The position numbers and the translations under genes were made by a program. A stretch of 64,000 nt of DNA from Eledone cirrhosa (Eukaryota): contig OZ024741.1 of NCBI GenBank assembly GCA_964016885.1, positions 257,734,001 to 257,798,000 on the forward strand, given 5' to 3'. The notes beneath the pieces were generated by a model, which was not told the DNA's origin, did not search any database, and saw only the letters and a list, made by a program, of their open reading frames with translations. Positions 12,080 through 24,848 of this stretch are shown piece by piece (within the stretch, counting starts at the first letter, position 1; every line of letters begins with the position of its first letter).

Positions 12080-12772
12080 ATGAGGAGGAATATGTTGAGA
12101 TAGATGGCACTACTGGTGGAACCTGAAAATAAAAACTGCCACCAAATTAAAGCACAACCGGCCTGATATTGTTGTTTGGGACCACACATTGAAAACGTGC
12201 TCTATTGTAGAGATCAGCTGTCCACTTGATGTCAACATTGTAAGAAAAATACGAGAGAAGGAGGACATCTACGCGCATGAGCAGTTTGCAGATCCAGTAT
12301 CCAAGATACACTTTAAGCTTCATACCCATCATTATTGGAGCTTGAGTTCGAATCACGCCGAGGTTAACTTTGCCGTTCATCCTTTCGGGGTCGATAAAAT
12401 AAAGTACCAGTAATACACTGGGTAATTGCTGGCCTTGTGCCAAAAAGTAGAAACAATTATTGGAGCTACAGGTTATATACCAACCCGCTTGGACTAAAGT
12501 ATAACTGAACTTGGATTTGTGGACAAGGAGCGCAGCTCCGTAATTCATAGACTGCAATTGGCTGCGATAGCTGGCACCTTCAAAATTTGCAAAACATTCT
12601 TGCGATTCAAGGGATGACAATTTCTTTTCTTTTACAACCTTGCACCAGGAAGGTGGCCGGTCAAAAAAGTACTCGAAATTAATAGAGAGAGAAACATGCT
12701 CACATGCATACATACATACATACATACATACATACATACATACATACATACATACATACATACATACATACA
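12080..12772 (+). mobile_element. Short 3' fragment of an R4/Dong-like LINE (same family as 13366-14280) with (ACAT)n tail
   Basis: Near-identical to 13762-14270, including the 3' UTR; interrupted by a SINE. Confidence 0.85.
12343..12455 (+). mobile_element. 5'-truncated SINE with 12-bp TSD
   Basis: attattggagct at 12331-12342 and 12456-12467; the paralogue at ~14025 lacks the insert. Confidence 0.92.
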
Positions 12773-12774
12773 TG

Positions 12775-13311
12775 GTGGCTGCCAACTCGTTTTCGAGTAC
12801 AGCCACTACTTTATATCCATGTAGGAGAACCCCTATCGATACGCTGAACGAGTGTGACATTTTAGTCCAGCCAGCGACTTGAAAACTCTGGTACACTTAT
12901 GACAATTATTGACACATAGTACTGGGCCCATGGTACCATGTGACGACAAGTGCAGAGAGATCTCCAGATATAAAGCAATGCCTGTGCCGTGAAGCTTTTA
13001 TAGTGAGCAAAGGCACTGCACAAAGCCAGTCCCACTCGCTTAACCAAGATGATATTTACCAAAAAGAAGAACAAGTCAACATCATTGGATATCATCAGGG
13101 TTGCAGGTGTTATATCAGAGTTTTCCTTCTCCTAGAATTCTGCCTTGACAAAGGCTAAGGAGTCATCTCTCCCGGTGATTTTGGATGGCCATTGACTCTT
13201 AAGAGCTCCTTTTCCCTTTGACAGGTTTTGTTTTTAGTCCTGCAGGATGTCCAGTCACCCTCCTCGCCAAGAAAACTTGGTGGGGTTGCCAGTTTAGTCG
13301 CCAACGACCCG
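12775..13311 (-). mobile_element. Copy of the 1800-2240 dispersed repeat between (ACAT)n tracts
   Basis: Reverse-complement similarity to 1855-2240. Confidence 0.7.
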
Positions 13312-13365
13312 ACATACATACATACATACATACATACATACATACATACATACATACATACATAC

Positions 13366-14280
13366 ATGGAAGATCCTATTCAATGTTCAAACAAGAAAAA
13401 AAAATTGACCAATTTACAGAAAAAGTTGTACATGGATACTTGAGGCGTAAAACACAGACCATAGAGGGGATAAACCACTCAAAAAGCCTGGCATGGAGTT
13501 CCGACAAGTTTATGACATCACACCTTGAGGGATATCTCTATGCAATACAGGAACAAGAACTCCCTACCAAATATCTGCTGCACAAAAGAGGAGGGCCAGC
13601 AGCTGACAATAAATGTAGGCTATGTAAAACAAAGATCGAGGATGTAAGCCACATTGTTGCCAGCTGCGAAAGAATGTCATCTCGCTACTACCTCCCCATG
13701 AGACACGATGGGATAGCTAGAACCATCTGGAACGCACTTCGGAAAACAAAATTAACAACAAACGAGGAAGAATATATTGAGACAGATGGCACTAAGGAAT
13801 ACTGGTGGAACCTGAAAATAAAAACTGCCACCAGATTAAAGCACAACCGGCCTGATATTGTAGTTTGGGACCACACATTGAAAACGTGTTCTGTTGTGGA
13901 GATCAGCTGCCCACTTGATGTAAACGTTGTCAGAAAAATACAGGAGAAGGAGGACATCTACGGACCATTGATGAGGAGTTTACAAATCCAGTATCCAAGA
14001 TACACCTTTAGCTTCATACCCATCATTATTGGTGCTACGGGTTATATACCAACCCGCTTGGACCAAAGTATGACTGAACTTGGATTTGCGGACAAAAAGC
14101 GCAGCTCCCTAATTCATAGTCTACAAATGGCTGCGATAGCTGGCACCTTCAAAATTTGCAAAACATTCTTGCGATTCAAGGGATGACAATTTCTTTTCTT
14201 TTACAACCTTGCCACCAGGAAGGTGGCCGGTCAAAAAAATATACTCAAAATTAAGAGAAAGAGAAAACATACATACATGC
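13366..14280 (+). mobile_element. 5'-truncated R4/Dong-like LINE with an intact RLE C-terminus, flanked by (ACAT)n
   Basis: Open frame to 14186 with AIQEQEL, CRLCKTKIEDVSHIVASC, RHD, HNRPDIVVWD..VEISCP and IPIIIGATG. Confidence 0.9.
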
Positions 14281-14289
14281 ATGATGATG

Positions 14290-14811
14290 GCAGTAACTTG
14301 ATTTCGAGTAATGCCATTGTTTGATACTTAAACATGAACATCCCAGACGTGGCTTTTTTAGTCCTGCTGGGGACTTGCCTATTGCCAGCAATATCATGCA
14401 TCACAAAAAAATGTCACATATCAAGCGATGCCTGTGCTTGAAGCTTTTTTAAGCAAAGGCTTTGCATGGAGACAATTCCACTCACTGAACATCGAATACA
14501 TTTACCCCAAAAGACGAAATGGTCTACTTCACTGGATGCAAACGAAGTCGCAAGTTTTATTTATATCAGAGTGACCTGTTCCTAGAGAGATGTCTTAATG
14601 AAGATTAGGAGTATCTCGCTCCACAATAAATAAATAAATAAATAAATAAACTTTATTGGACGGTCGTTGACTCTCTTGAGTACCTCCGCCTTTTGATGGA
14701 TTTTGTTTTTCATCCAGCAAGGTGTCCAAAATCACCTTCCTCACCAACCAGCTTGGTGGGGTTGCCGGTTTAATCACCGATGTTACCAGTAGCGCTAAAG
14801 AACGACCTGAC

Positions 14812-14812
<1 letters not shown>
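14290..14812 (-). mobile_element. Third, more diverged copy of the 1800-2240 dispersed repeat
   Basis: ggtggggttgccggtttaatcacc, gttaccagtagc and gtgtccaaaatcac match 1815-1930 in reverse. Confidence 0.65.
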
Positions 14813-14842
<30 letters not shown>

Positions 14843-15196
14843 CATACATACATACATACATACATACATACATACATACATACATACATACAAATACATA
14901 TAAAAATCCGGTTGACATAAAGAATATTGACTACATTGGAAATGTACTCGTCCATAAGGCGCCTCTGAGGAAGCAGAAATCTCTGCCCAGATCATCCCAT
15001 CTCCAGGAGTTCTTTAGTCAATTTCCAACTATCATATTTAGTGATCGAGACTATTATTTTAATCTTCTGTAATGGAAGGACTACATATCATCTTCCATTT
15101 CTCTTTTTTCCGTATCTACGAACTTATATACCCAACTAGTTAGACCCTGCGCTGAAGCAACTTACTTTACATTCAAGATTCACACACGCGCGCACG

Positions 15197-15289
<93 letters not shown>

Positions 15290-15329
15290 CTCTCTCTATC
15301 TAACTCTTTCTTTATATATATATAATTGA

Positions 15330-17050
15330 AGACTTTTTAGATACACAAAGGTAAACACTAATTTCAGGGGACATCAATGCACACTATCCATTCTGGAATA
15401 CTAACATCAGGAAAAACAGTATAAAAAAGAGAAAATCTCTTAGAGGTTAGGATTAAACACAACTTTATACTACATACAATACTAGTGTCTCCTACCTACA
15501 GACATTTTAACAACAGAACCTTAGCAATAGACCATTTGTTCTCTTCTCTCCGAGCCTCTTTGTTTCTATAAAACCTAGAATTAAGCCACAATATGAATCT
15601 ATGGTCGGATCATGCCACCAACACTTTCAATGCAATCTATATTATAATCAACGAAAACATAAACACATCAAATAAAACCTAAAGTAAGAAAATATCAATT
15701 TTACAAAACTGATTGGATTAAGTTTACTAATTATTTAGGAACTGAACTATCACCCCACAACAAATATTACAATGCCAAATCAGCTAAAGAGCTAAAACAA
15801 GTCTGTAAATATTTATCGACAAAATACATGATACAATCACTGAGCAAGTACCTTTTACATGTTTCAATCCAAATAAAAATAACAGTAATAAGGATAACAA
15901 CTATAATAAGACATGTTGGGGTGAAGAACTAAAATAACGAAGAAGGGAAATGACTCAGTCATTAAAAAAATGGAAATACCATTTTACAGATTCCAATTAT
16001 GAAAAATATAAAGGACTAAAGAAAAAGTTTAAAAGGCAAATGAAACAAGCCAAATATGATTGCTGGTCTAGCAAAGCTAACCTGGGGTCCATGGACAATA
16101 TATGGAGCATATACAACTCAATGATCAAACCCAAACCTCCCCAAAACGAATCAAGAGCTATTGATGGTGAGGTAATCTCAGACACTTCCAAACTCTCTTC
16201 CCTATCTGCAGAATCGTTTTTTGGCAACGCTTCATTTACAGAATCTACTACCCATTCTGATACTCTCTCTCCAATCGTAGATTTCCCTCATATAAGAACT
16301 ACTAGCAGTTAAGGATGAGCTGAAAATGGAAACGGCCACGGGCCCTGATGGTATATCCAATTTAATCATCAATAAAAGAATCGACTAGCTTGATCTCATT
16401 AGACATAAATAGAGCTTATGACAATGTGGTTCATGACACTCTAATTAAAAAACCCCACCAATTTGAAATCCCCAAATATATTTTTAACTGGGCTGAAAGC
16501 ATTCTCACTCATCATAGTACTAGTCTGATTCTTGGAAACAAAAGAGGCAAAAGTATTTACCTTTTAAAGGGTCTCCCACGGGGTTCACTAGTCTCACAAA
16601 AGATCTAGCCTATATCCCAAATATTTCGCAGGTAAAATCATTTAGCAAACATATAATTAGTCAAGGTCAGAAAACATTTTGGGAAGATCCAGAGAAAATA
16701 TCACAAATTTCTATCTCAACCAGATTTGACAACATTCAAAACTTATCGATCATTAAGTAATGCAAATAAAAAAAAGGCTATACTGATTTCGAACTTCGAC
16801 CTTAGGACTACATTCTATCAAAAACAGGCCGTAGAGATTCCCCTCTATGTTCTTATGATAACTCTCCAGAAACTCATTATCACTATTTGTTCCAATGTAG
16901 AAACTATCAGTCTGAGAGAGAGGCCATATTGAAACGAAACCTTAAAAAACTATCAAAATTGGAAGTTCAATGAATGGTTACAGGTCTACCAAATATAAAC
17001 AAAATCGTTGAGTATATGGAAGTTATGAAAAGATTCAACAAGAGAAACCG
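15330..17050 (+). pseudogene. Highly decayed APE-RT LINE (I/Jockey-like group) with internal deletions
   Basis: GDINAHYPFW (~15368), SDH (~15605), ATGPDGISN (~16335), SLDINRAYDNVVH, KGLPRGS. Confidence 0.7.
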
Positions 17051-17114
17051 CTAGCAGTTTTACAGCTTCCCTTCTTTCCTGTTTTCCTTTTTTCTTTTTC
17101 GTTTTCTTATGCCT

Positions 17115-18400
17115 AATCTCTTGATGTCCTCATCCTCGGGTCACCGATCCACCCGCCGGCCATCCGCTCCACCATCAGGTCCAGGCTCCAACAACTCCAG
17201 ACCCTCACGAGCCGACTGGGCTTGATAGAAGGGCCACCCAGCTCTCTTTCTGTTGAGGAATTGCTTCGCCATGCCGAAGATCCTCTATACTCTTCGCAGT
17301 GTTCCGTGCTACACCCATGCATCTTTCCTCGCTGACTTCGATACTTGTATCCGAGCGGCAGCCGAGGAGATATGCAACGTCAGGTTTGACGACATTGGAT
17401 GGCAATAGGCCACTTTACCTGTCAGATATGGTGGCCTTGGCTTCCGGTCCCCGATCTCCCTGGCTTTGTCGCGTCCTCATCAGCAAGGTTCTCCAAAACA
17501 CAATGGAACCATCTGTGATCAGGGATCTTGAGGCCACCTGTGAGACGTGGGACCGGCTGGGACTTAGCCCTGTAGATGTCCCTCCTCCTTCTCCCCCTGC
17601 TGACGTCAACCCCCCCCCCTAAAGCATTTGGGATGCCATCCAGTGCAGCCTGACCTCAGATAGGCTCACGCACCAGCTCGACCAGCACCGCCTTGCCTGT
17701 TTTGGTGCAGCCTCCAAACCCCACAGTGGTGCATGACTCTATGCCTTGCCCTCCTTCTCTACTGGCACGCAGCTGGATAACAATAGCCTGCGCTCGGCGT
17801 TGCCTTGAGGTTTGGCCTCCGGATCTGCAAGCCACACCAATGTCGCCGTGGATGCATCGTAGACTCTTTCGGCCTCCACCCGCTTTCCTGTCGCCACACT
17901 GCCGGCCGCCTTTCACATCATGCTGCCCTCAGTGAGGTCATAAAGCATGGCTTGGACGCTGCAGGCTTCCCTTCCCAGCTCGAGCCGGTGGGGCTGGACC
18001 GAGGGGACGGCAAAAAGCCAGATGGCATGACCATCTTCCCGTTCCGCGGTGGCAAACCCCTCGTCTGTGATACCACTTGCACAGATACTTTCTCCAGCCG
18101 CAACTTGGTGCAGTCTGCGACTAACCAAGGTTCTGCTGTACGTCGAGCTGAGGAGGCCAAGCTCTCCAAATACCGGTTGCTCTCCGACAGGTTTGCGGTC
18201 GTACCCTTGGCAGTGGAGACTTCTGGTGTCCTCAGCTCTAGGGCTACCTCTCTACTCACCACCATAGGCGCTGAGCTGGCCAGCCACAGGTGTGAGCCTC
18301 GCGAGTTGGAATGACTCTTCTAGCGCGTCTCCCTTGCTGTCCTCCGGGGAAACGCCTTCTCCATTCTGTCCGCCGGGGCTGTGTGGAGGCCATCAATATG
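17115..18400 (+). mobile_element. CRE-like non-LTR retrotransposon 3' portion (RT C-terminus + RLE)
   Basis: GC-rich block with ATLPVRYGGLG, C..C..H..C (PHQCRRGC..GLHPLSC), LEPVGLDRGDGKKPDG, PLAVETSG and RVSLAVLRGN. Confidence 0.85.
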
Positions 18401-18532
18401 ATTGACTGACTTGTCATTTTATCAGTTAACCTACTATCTATATAGATTTTTTTATCTAAACTTATGAAGTTTTATACATTTTAATGTTCCCGAGGATCTA
18501 AATGTATTGATGATTCACATGTGTATGGATAT

Positions 18533-18668
18533 TTTCATTTTTCATTTTTCATTTTTCATTTTTCATTTTTCATTTTTCATTTTTCATTTTTCATTTTTCA
18601 TTTTTCATTTTTCATTTTTCAATTTTCAATTTTCATTTTTCATTTTTCATTTTTCATTTTTCATTTTT

Positions 18669-18743
<75 letters not shown>

Positions 18744-19443
18744 TTCATTTTTCATTTTTCATTTTTCATTTTTCATTTTTCATTTTTCATTTTTCATTTT
18801 TCATTTTTCATTTTTCATTTTTCATTTTTCATTTTTCATTTTTCATTTTTCATTTTTCATTTTTCATTTTTCATTTTTCATTTTTCATTTTTCATTTTTC
18901 ATTTTTCATTTTTCATTTTTCATTTTTCATTTTTCATTTTTCATTTTTCATTTTTCATTTTTCATTTTTCATTTTTCATTTTTCATTTTTCATTTTTCAT
19001 TTTTCATTTTTCATTTTTCATTTTTCATTTTTCATTTTTCATTTTTCATTTTTCATTTTTCATTTTTCATTTTTCATTTTTCATTTTTCATTTTTCATTT
19101 TTCATTTTTCATTTTTCATTTTTCATTTTTCATTTTTCATTTTTCATTTTTCATTTTTCATTTTCATTTTTCATTTTTCATTTTTCATTTTTCATTTTTC
19201 ATTTTTCATTTTTCATTTTTCATTTTTCATTTTTCATTTTTCATTTTTCATTTTTCATTTTTCATTTTTCATTTTTCATTTTTCATTTTTCATTTTTCAT
19301 TTTTCATTTTTCATTTTTCATTTTTCATTTTTCATTTTTCATTTTTCATTTTTCATTTTTCATTTTTCATTTTTCATTTTTCATTTTTCATTTTTCATTT
19401 TTCATTTTTCATTTTTCATTTTTCATTTTTCATTTTTCATTTT
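18533..19443. repeat. Heptamer tandem array (TTTTTCA)n, ~130 units
   Basis: Read directly; sub-block of (TTTTCCA)n at ~18670-18720. Confidence 0.97.
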
Positions 19444-19840
19444 GTTGTGGAATATTGCTTGAATATGAATTTAATTTCCATATACTAAAAACATATAGTT
19501 TTGTTTTCCTTATGGAAAATTTGAGCAGATAAAATGTAATAAAATAAAGTAAAATAAAGTAAAATAAAAAAAAATAAAATACATTCGGTTACAGATAAAT
19601 GAAGTACAGTAAAAATCATATATCCTATACAATTGTGCGTATTTCGGCTCTGTATTATACTTGTTATTTTACATCGAGCTATATTCATACTTGTAACTGG
19701 GTAATATTTAATATTACTCACCTATATATCTATAATTATACTTATATATATATAATATATATATATTCACTATCCAGTGAATTTCCAACCGATAAGGTAT
19801 GATTTTCATGAGCATGTCTCCATTTATAAAACAAACTTTG

Positions 19841-19904
19841 TATTTTATCTGATGAAAGCGTATCAATGTTGTCTTGGTACCCTTGAAATATATATAATAA
19901 AATA
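19841..19904 (+). ncRNA. Minimal type I hammerhead ribozyme
   Basis: tattttat CTGATGA aagcgtatcaa-loop-ttggtaccctt GAAA tatata TA ataaaata; 8-bp perfect stem I and palindromic stem III. Confidence 0.85.
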
Positions 19905-20204
19905 AATAAGGTTTTATAAATATAGTTTCCATTTATTTAATATCATTGAATATTTACTCCAGTAACCTATTGAGTGCCCCAAATCAGTTATAAACATTTA
20001 TGTTTGTCGGACTTCCAACAAATTAAATACCACTTCTACTTATATATATATATGTGTGTGTGCGTGTGTGTGTTTAGTAGGTGTCAGTGGGTGTATCAGA
20101 ACGTCAGTTCCAGAAAGTTACTTTCCCTTTTTTTGAAGCGTAATATAAGTTTCAGCCGTAAATTGTTTAGGTACTGTAAAAATATGGCATTTGAATATAT
20201 ACAA

Positions 20205-20317
<113 letters not shown>

Positions 20318-20367
20318 TGAAGTAATTCCAGGAAAAATGAGTGCTCTATGTAGGTAACAGAGCTTAA

Positions 20368-21400
20368 TAGTTATGTAATAAACAACATAAGGCAATTATT
20401 CCATTTACCAGTGGTTTCTTAAAAGCAAAAAGTTTTGCTTTCAATCATCAGAATGAAAAAAATGCTGGTGTATTTATTGATAGTGGATTCTAAAAACAAA
20501 AATGCAATCTATATGAAAGTGAGGCTGGAGAAGGAAGAAGGAAAGGAAAAATAAAATAAAAACACACATGCAAACACACACACACATACACACACAATTA
20601 TATACATACACACATATATGTATATATATATATATATACATACACACATACATACACACACACATATACACATATATGTGTATATATACAAGTTAATATA
20701 AATTAATATATTTGATAAACACAAATACCAACATATCCGTGTTTGTATTGTAAATGACTAAGTTAGCTAGATTGAAATATACTAATTATAATAATACAGT
20801 TTGCCTGTCTCGATTTAAAATGATAAATCAATAAAAACAAAGCATATTGGCAAATTTAAATTTCAAAATCAAACCTGTTCCGTAGACAGGTTTAAACCTT
20901 AAAATCCAAATATGTTTCGAAAAATATAATATAATATTTCAATCTAGCTAACTTAGTCATTTACAATACAAACACGGATATGTTGGTATTTGTGTTTATC
21001 AAATATATTAATTTATATTAACTTGTATTACACGGCTCAGAAATACTTCTTTCTTTGAGCTATTTCATTGTAAAGGACTGCCTGAGGTTTGAACTCATTA
21101 TTAATAGTGTGTATATATATACATACACATACATATACACATACATACATACACACATAAATATCAACATATCCATACATACACATACATATATATACAA
21201 CCACACACATATATATACACACATATACATACATACATACATATACACAATCATACGTATATACACACGTACATACATACACATACATACACACATATAT
21301 ACATGCATACATATGCATGCACAAAATTAGAAAAATAGACACGCACCTCTACATATTCACACACGCAAATAAATATAAGAAAAAATATATATAAATAATA
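20368..21400. repeat. Low-complexity segment with an inverted copy at 23920-24488, interrupted by a fold-back insert (arms 20688-20790 and 20933-21027)
   Basis: 20368-20680 and 21110-21400 are reverse complements of 24200-24488 and 23920-24220. Confidence 0.75.
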
Positions 21401-21629
21401 ATAAAAAAAACAAAAGAGAAAATAAAGACTATTATAAAGTTGACAGCGATACAGGCAACAAATAAATGAAAAAACACACGTGGTAAGCAATACACACAAA
21501 TGCACGTACACAGACATACGTAAAAATAAATACATACACACATAAATATACATATACAAATACATAAACACATACATACGCATACACAAATATATATACA
21601 CACACATATATACATATATGCACACACAT

Positions 21630-21678
<49 letters not shown>

Positions 21679-21820
21679 CATACATAGCCATACAATTATA
21701 CACATACAAATACGTACATATCACAAACACGCACAACCAAATACAAACATACACATATATATATATATATATATGTGTAAAACTCATTCTTAGATAATTC
21801 ATATGAACCTTATTAACTCT

Positions 21821-21898
<78 letters not shown>

Positions 21899-22011
21899 CA
21901 CATACATACTTACTAACGTACACATATATACCTACACACACATATACATACACATACGTATGCATACCTACACACATACACACACGCGCACAAACATATA
22001 CATATATAACT

Positions 22012-22060
<49 letters not shown>

Positions 22061-22381
22061 GAAGAACATAAATATTATAAAATAAATATTATAAAATAAA
22101 TATTGTATATATAAAAAAAAATTTTGGGAATACGACAAATAATAAATAAAAATATATATATATTTAGAAACGGGTATAAATGCCCATAGCAGACCTAGAG
22201 CACTCAACAAGTCCATGGAACAAAATATCAATGAAAATAATCATCAAATCACTATATATAATGATGCATATACATACACCCTTATACATATATACATATA
22301 CACACACACATAAATATATATACATACATACACACACAAAAAAAACCCAACCACAGAAATACAAACACACATAAAAAAACG

Positions 22382-22414
<33 letters not shown>

Positions 22415-22422
22415 TAAAATAA

Positions 22423-22496
22423 CAGATTAAAGTTTAAGCAAAGAATCGCTGCTTTCACCCTTAACGGGATCTTCTGAAACTAACAAAGTCAATCTG
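22423..22496 (-). ncRNA. Type I hammerhead-like motif with one core substitution (CAGAAGA)
   Basis: Minus strand: cagattga-ctttgtt-agttt CAGAAGA tccc-gttaa-gggt GAAA gca..tgc TT aaact-ttaatctg; bulged extended stem I. Confidence 0.6.
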
Positions 22497-22691
22497 TAAA
22501 CGCAGAACTGGATATTTCAAAAAACGTTGCAACCGGAGGAAGACAGGAAGACGATACTTTGGTTCGTGGAAACGTTCGCTGGCAAAGAACGGGAAAAAAC
22601 GAATAATACGTCATTAATAGGAGCGGTGAAAAACAATTACGCGCAAAGACAGAACCACGTTTATGGTATATATATATATATACACACACGT

Positions 22692-23918
22692 AGGAAGAAG
22701 TCTGACCCTACGGCGGACTCAAGCCTTTTCTGAGGCTATTATATAAAAACATACAAAACCATTATATAAAAAATTAATATCTAAAAATAAAAAAATGTTT
22801 GGTATGTGAAGGGTAAGGCAAAAAAAATAGGGGGGAAAAGGAAGGTGGAAAAAATGACATAGGAAAAGGTTTAAATATAAGGGGAGATAAGGGAGAAAGA
22901 GAATACAAGAGTACATAACGTGGATTCAGCAGGTAAAAAAACCGTAGTAGAAGTAAAGAGCAGAGAAGGAGTTCAAGGCGGTTGAGTTATCATAGGAATG
23001 TCAATCCAGTTACAGATCAGATGTGATTTCAGATGAGGACAACATCTGAAGATCTCAGTCTTTGAGTTCAGGCAAGCAGAAGTGGCTTTCAAGTTTAGCA
23101 AAATCCTATATTTTTCTGTGGTACACAAAGAACAATTCTTTGTGCCCCTTTGGTACTCCCTCGAATGGTCTAAAATAGACCAATCGATAGAGTACGGGAT
23201 GTTTTTATCCTTGAATTCCCACACCTTACTTACGAGGGCCGTTGTTGTTCGTTTATCGGAGTGCTTAAAAGAAACGACATGTGAGTAAAACCTGGTTTTA
23301 AACCTGTCCTGGGTCAAGCTGACATATCGCTCACTCCTAGCTGGCTGGTTGTTGATTAAAGGTGTTATTTTAGCCTCATAGACAACAGATTTGGTGTTAC
23401 ATTTGCCCTGCAATGGGCATTCATCCGGCTTCCTGCAACTGCATCCTGGATTTGTTCTCGTATGATTTGAATTAGTAATCTTGGACTTCATAGATGGGCA
23501 ACAAGAGTAACTGATCTTAACTACATTCCTATTAAATATCTTATAATATCTATGATTAGGAGGAAAATGTTTATCTAAGAGTTCAAGGAATTTCCTTCCC
23601 ACATTAGTTTTTACAGTTAGAGAGAAGGGGGGTGTAAACCAAATAATTTTCCTTTTCCTGTTATTGTGGTTAGTTTTAGGGGGGGTAGGTAAATATGTAG
23701 GTTAACTCAAAGACTGAGATCTTCAGATATTGTCCTCATCTGAAATCACATCTGATCTGTAACTGGATTGACATTCCTATGATAACTCAACCGCCTTGAA
23801 CTCCTCTGCTCTTTACTTCTACTACGGTTTTTTTACCTGCTGAATCCACGTTCTGTACTCTAGTATTATTTTTCTCCCTTATCTCCCCTTATATTTAAAC
23901 CTTTTCCTATGTCATTTT
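22692..23918 (-). mobile_element. 5'-truncated Penelope-like element with GIY-YIG endonuclease, 3' pseudo-LTR and inverted pLTR copy (23703-23918)
   Basis: GIY-YIG ORF on the minus strand; 23703-23918 is the reverse complement of ~22852-23068; hammerhead 3' half at 22704-22740. Confidence 0.9.
22973..23662 (-). CDS. Penelope-like element C-terminal linker + GIY-YIG endonuclease (fragment)
   Basis: RKRKIIWFTPPFSLTVKTNVGRKFLELLDKHFP, CSC..CPLQGKC, VVYEA..RYVSLT..FKTRFYSH, CSLCTTEK. Confidence 0.85.
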   Translation of the reverse strand, partial: NRKRKIIWFTPPFSLTVKTNVGRKFLELLDKHFPPNHRYYKIFNRNVVKISYSCCPSMKSKITNSNHTRTNPGCSCRKPDECPLQGKCNTKSVVYEAKITPLINNQPARSERYVSLTQDRFKTRFYSHVVSFKHSDKRTTTALVSKVWEFKDKNIPYSIDWSILDHSREYQRGTKNCSLCTTEKYRILLNLKATSACLNSKTEIFRCCPHLKSHLICNWIDIPMITQPP

Positions 23919-24483
23919 TATTTATATATATTTTTTCTTATATTTATTTGCGTGTGTGAATATGTAGAGGTGTGTGTATATTTTTCTAATTTTGTGCATG
24001 CATATGTATGCATGTATATATGTGTGTATGTATGTGTATGTATGTGCGTGTGTATATACGTATGATTGTATGTATGTATGTATGTATATGTGTGTGTGTA
24101 TGTGTGTATGTGTGTATATATATGTGTGTGGTTGTATATATGTATGTGTATGTATGGATATGTTGATATTTATGTGTGTATGTATGTATGTGTATATGTA
24201 TGTGTATGTATATATATACACATATATATGTGTATATGTGTGTGTGTATGTATGTGTGTATGTATATAATTGTGTGTGTGTGTTTGCATGTGTGTTTTTA
24301 TTTTATTTTTCCTTTCCTTCTTCCTTCTCCAGCCTCACTTTCATATAGATTGCATTTTTGTTTTTAGAATCCACTATCAATAAATACACCAGCATTTTTT
24401 TCATTCTGATGATTGAAAGCAAAACTTTTTGCTTTTAAGAAACCGCTGGTAAATGGAATAATTGCCTTATGTTGTTTATTACA

Positions 24484-24519
<36 letters not shown>

Positions 24520-24524
24520 TTTGA

Positions 24525-24586
24525 ATTACCTGAAGATGTCACTGGATTCAAACTGAACCCGGTCATTGAAATGATCATAGTATAAT
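24525..24586 (+). ncRNA. Minimal type I hammerhead-like motif
   Basis: attac CTGAAGA tgtcactgg-a-ttca-aac-tgaa-c-ccggtcatt GAAA tgatca TA gtataat; stem III palindromic, stem I short. Confidence 0.6.
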
Positions 24587-24848
24587 AAACCTTTCAAGGA
24601 ATTACACCAGTCCAGCCTTCTGTTATTTTATAATAATTAACTCCGTACTCGCACCACCAATTACACAAAGGAAGACGAGTGAGTTACACTACGTAGAGTG
24701 CTCTCCATAATATTACATCGAGGTTGACCACACGGAATGACCAGTTCTATCCAGTGGTGAACCAACAAACCCCAAATAAATATATATATACACATATATT
24801 ATTGAAAATATTAACAAATTAAGATATTCACATAATCAAAATATATGC

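Noticed and set aside
12022-12080. CTAATGA...GAAAccgacTC motif in a LINE 3' region
   Set aside because: The core is mutated, stem I is not adjacent to the core, and stems II and III are unconvincing.
18507-19532. 341-aa and 313-aa FIFHFSF ORFs
   Set aside because: Artefacts of the heptamer repeat.
21024-21107. Possible degenerate minus-strand hammerhead (tatta ATAATGA ... GAAA tagctca..tgagccg TG taata)
   Set aside because: It has two core substitutions, a non-cleavable GUG triplet and a poor stem II; at most a relic.
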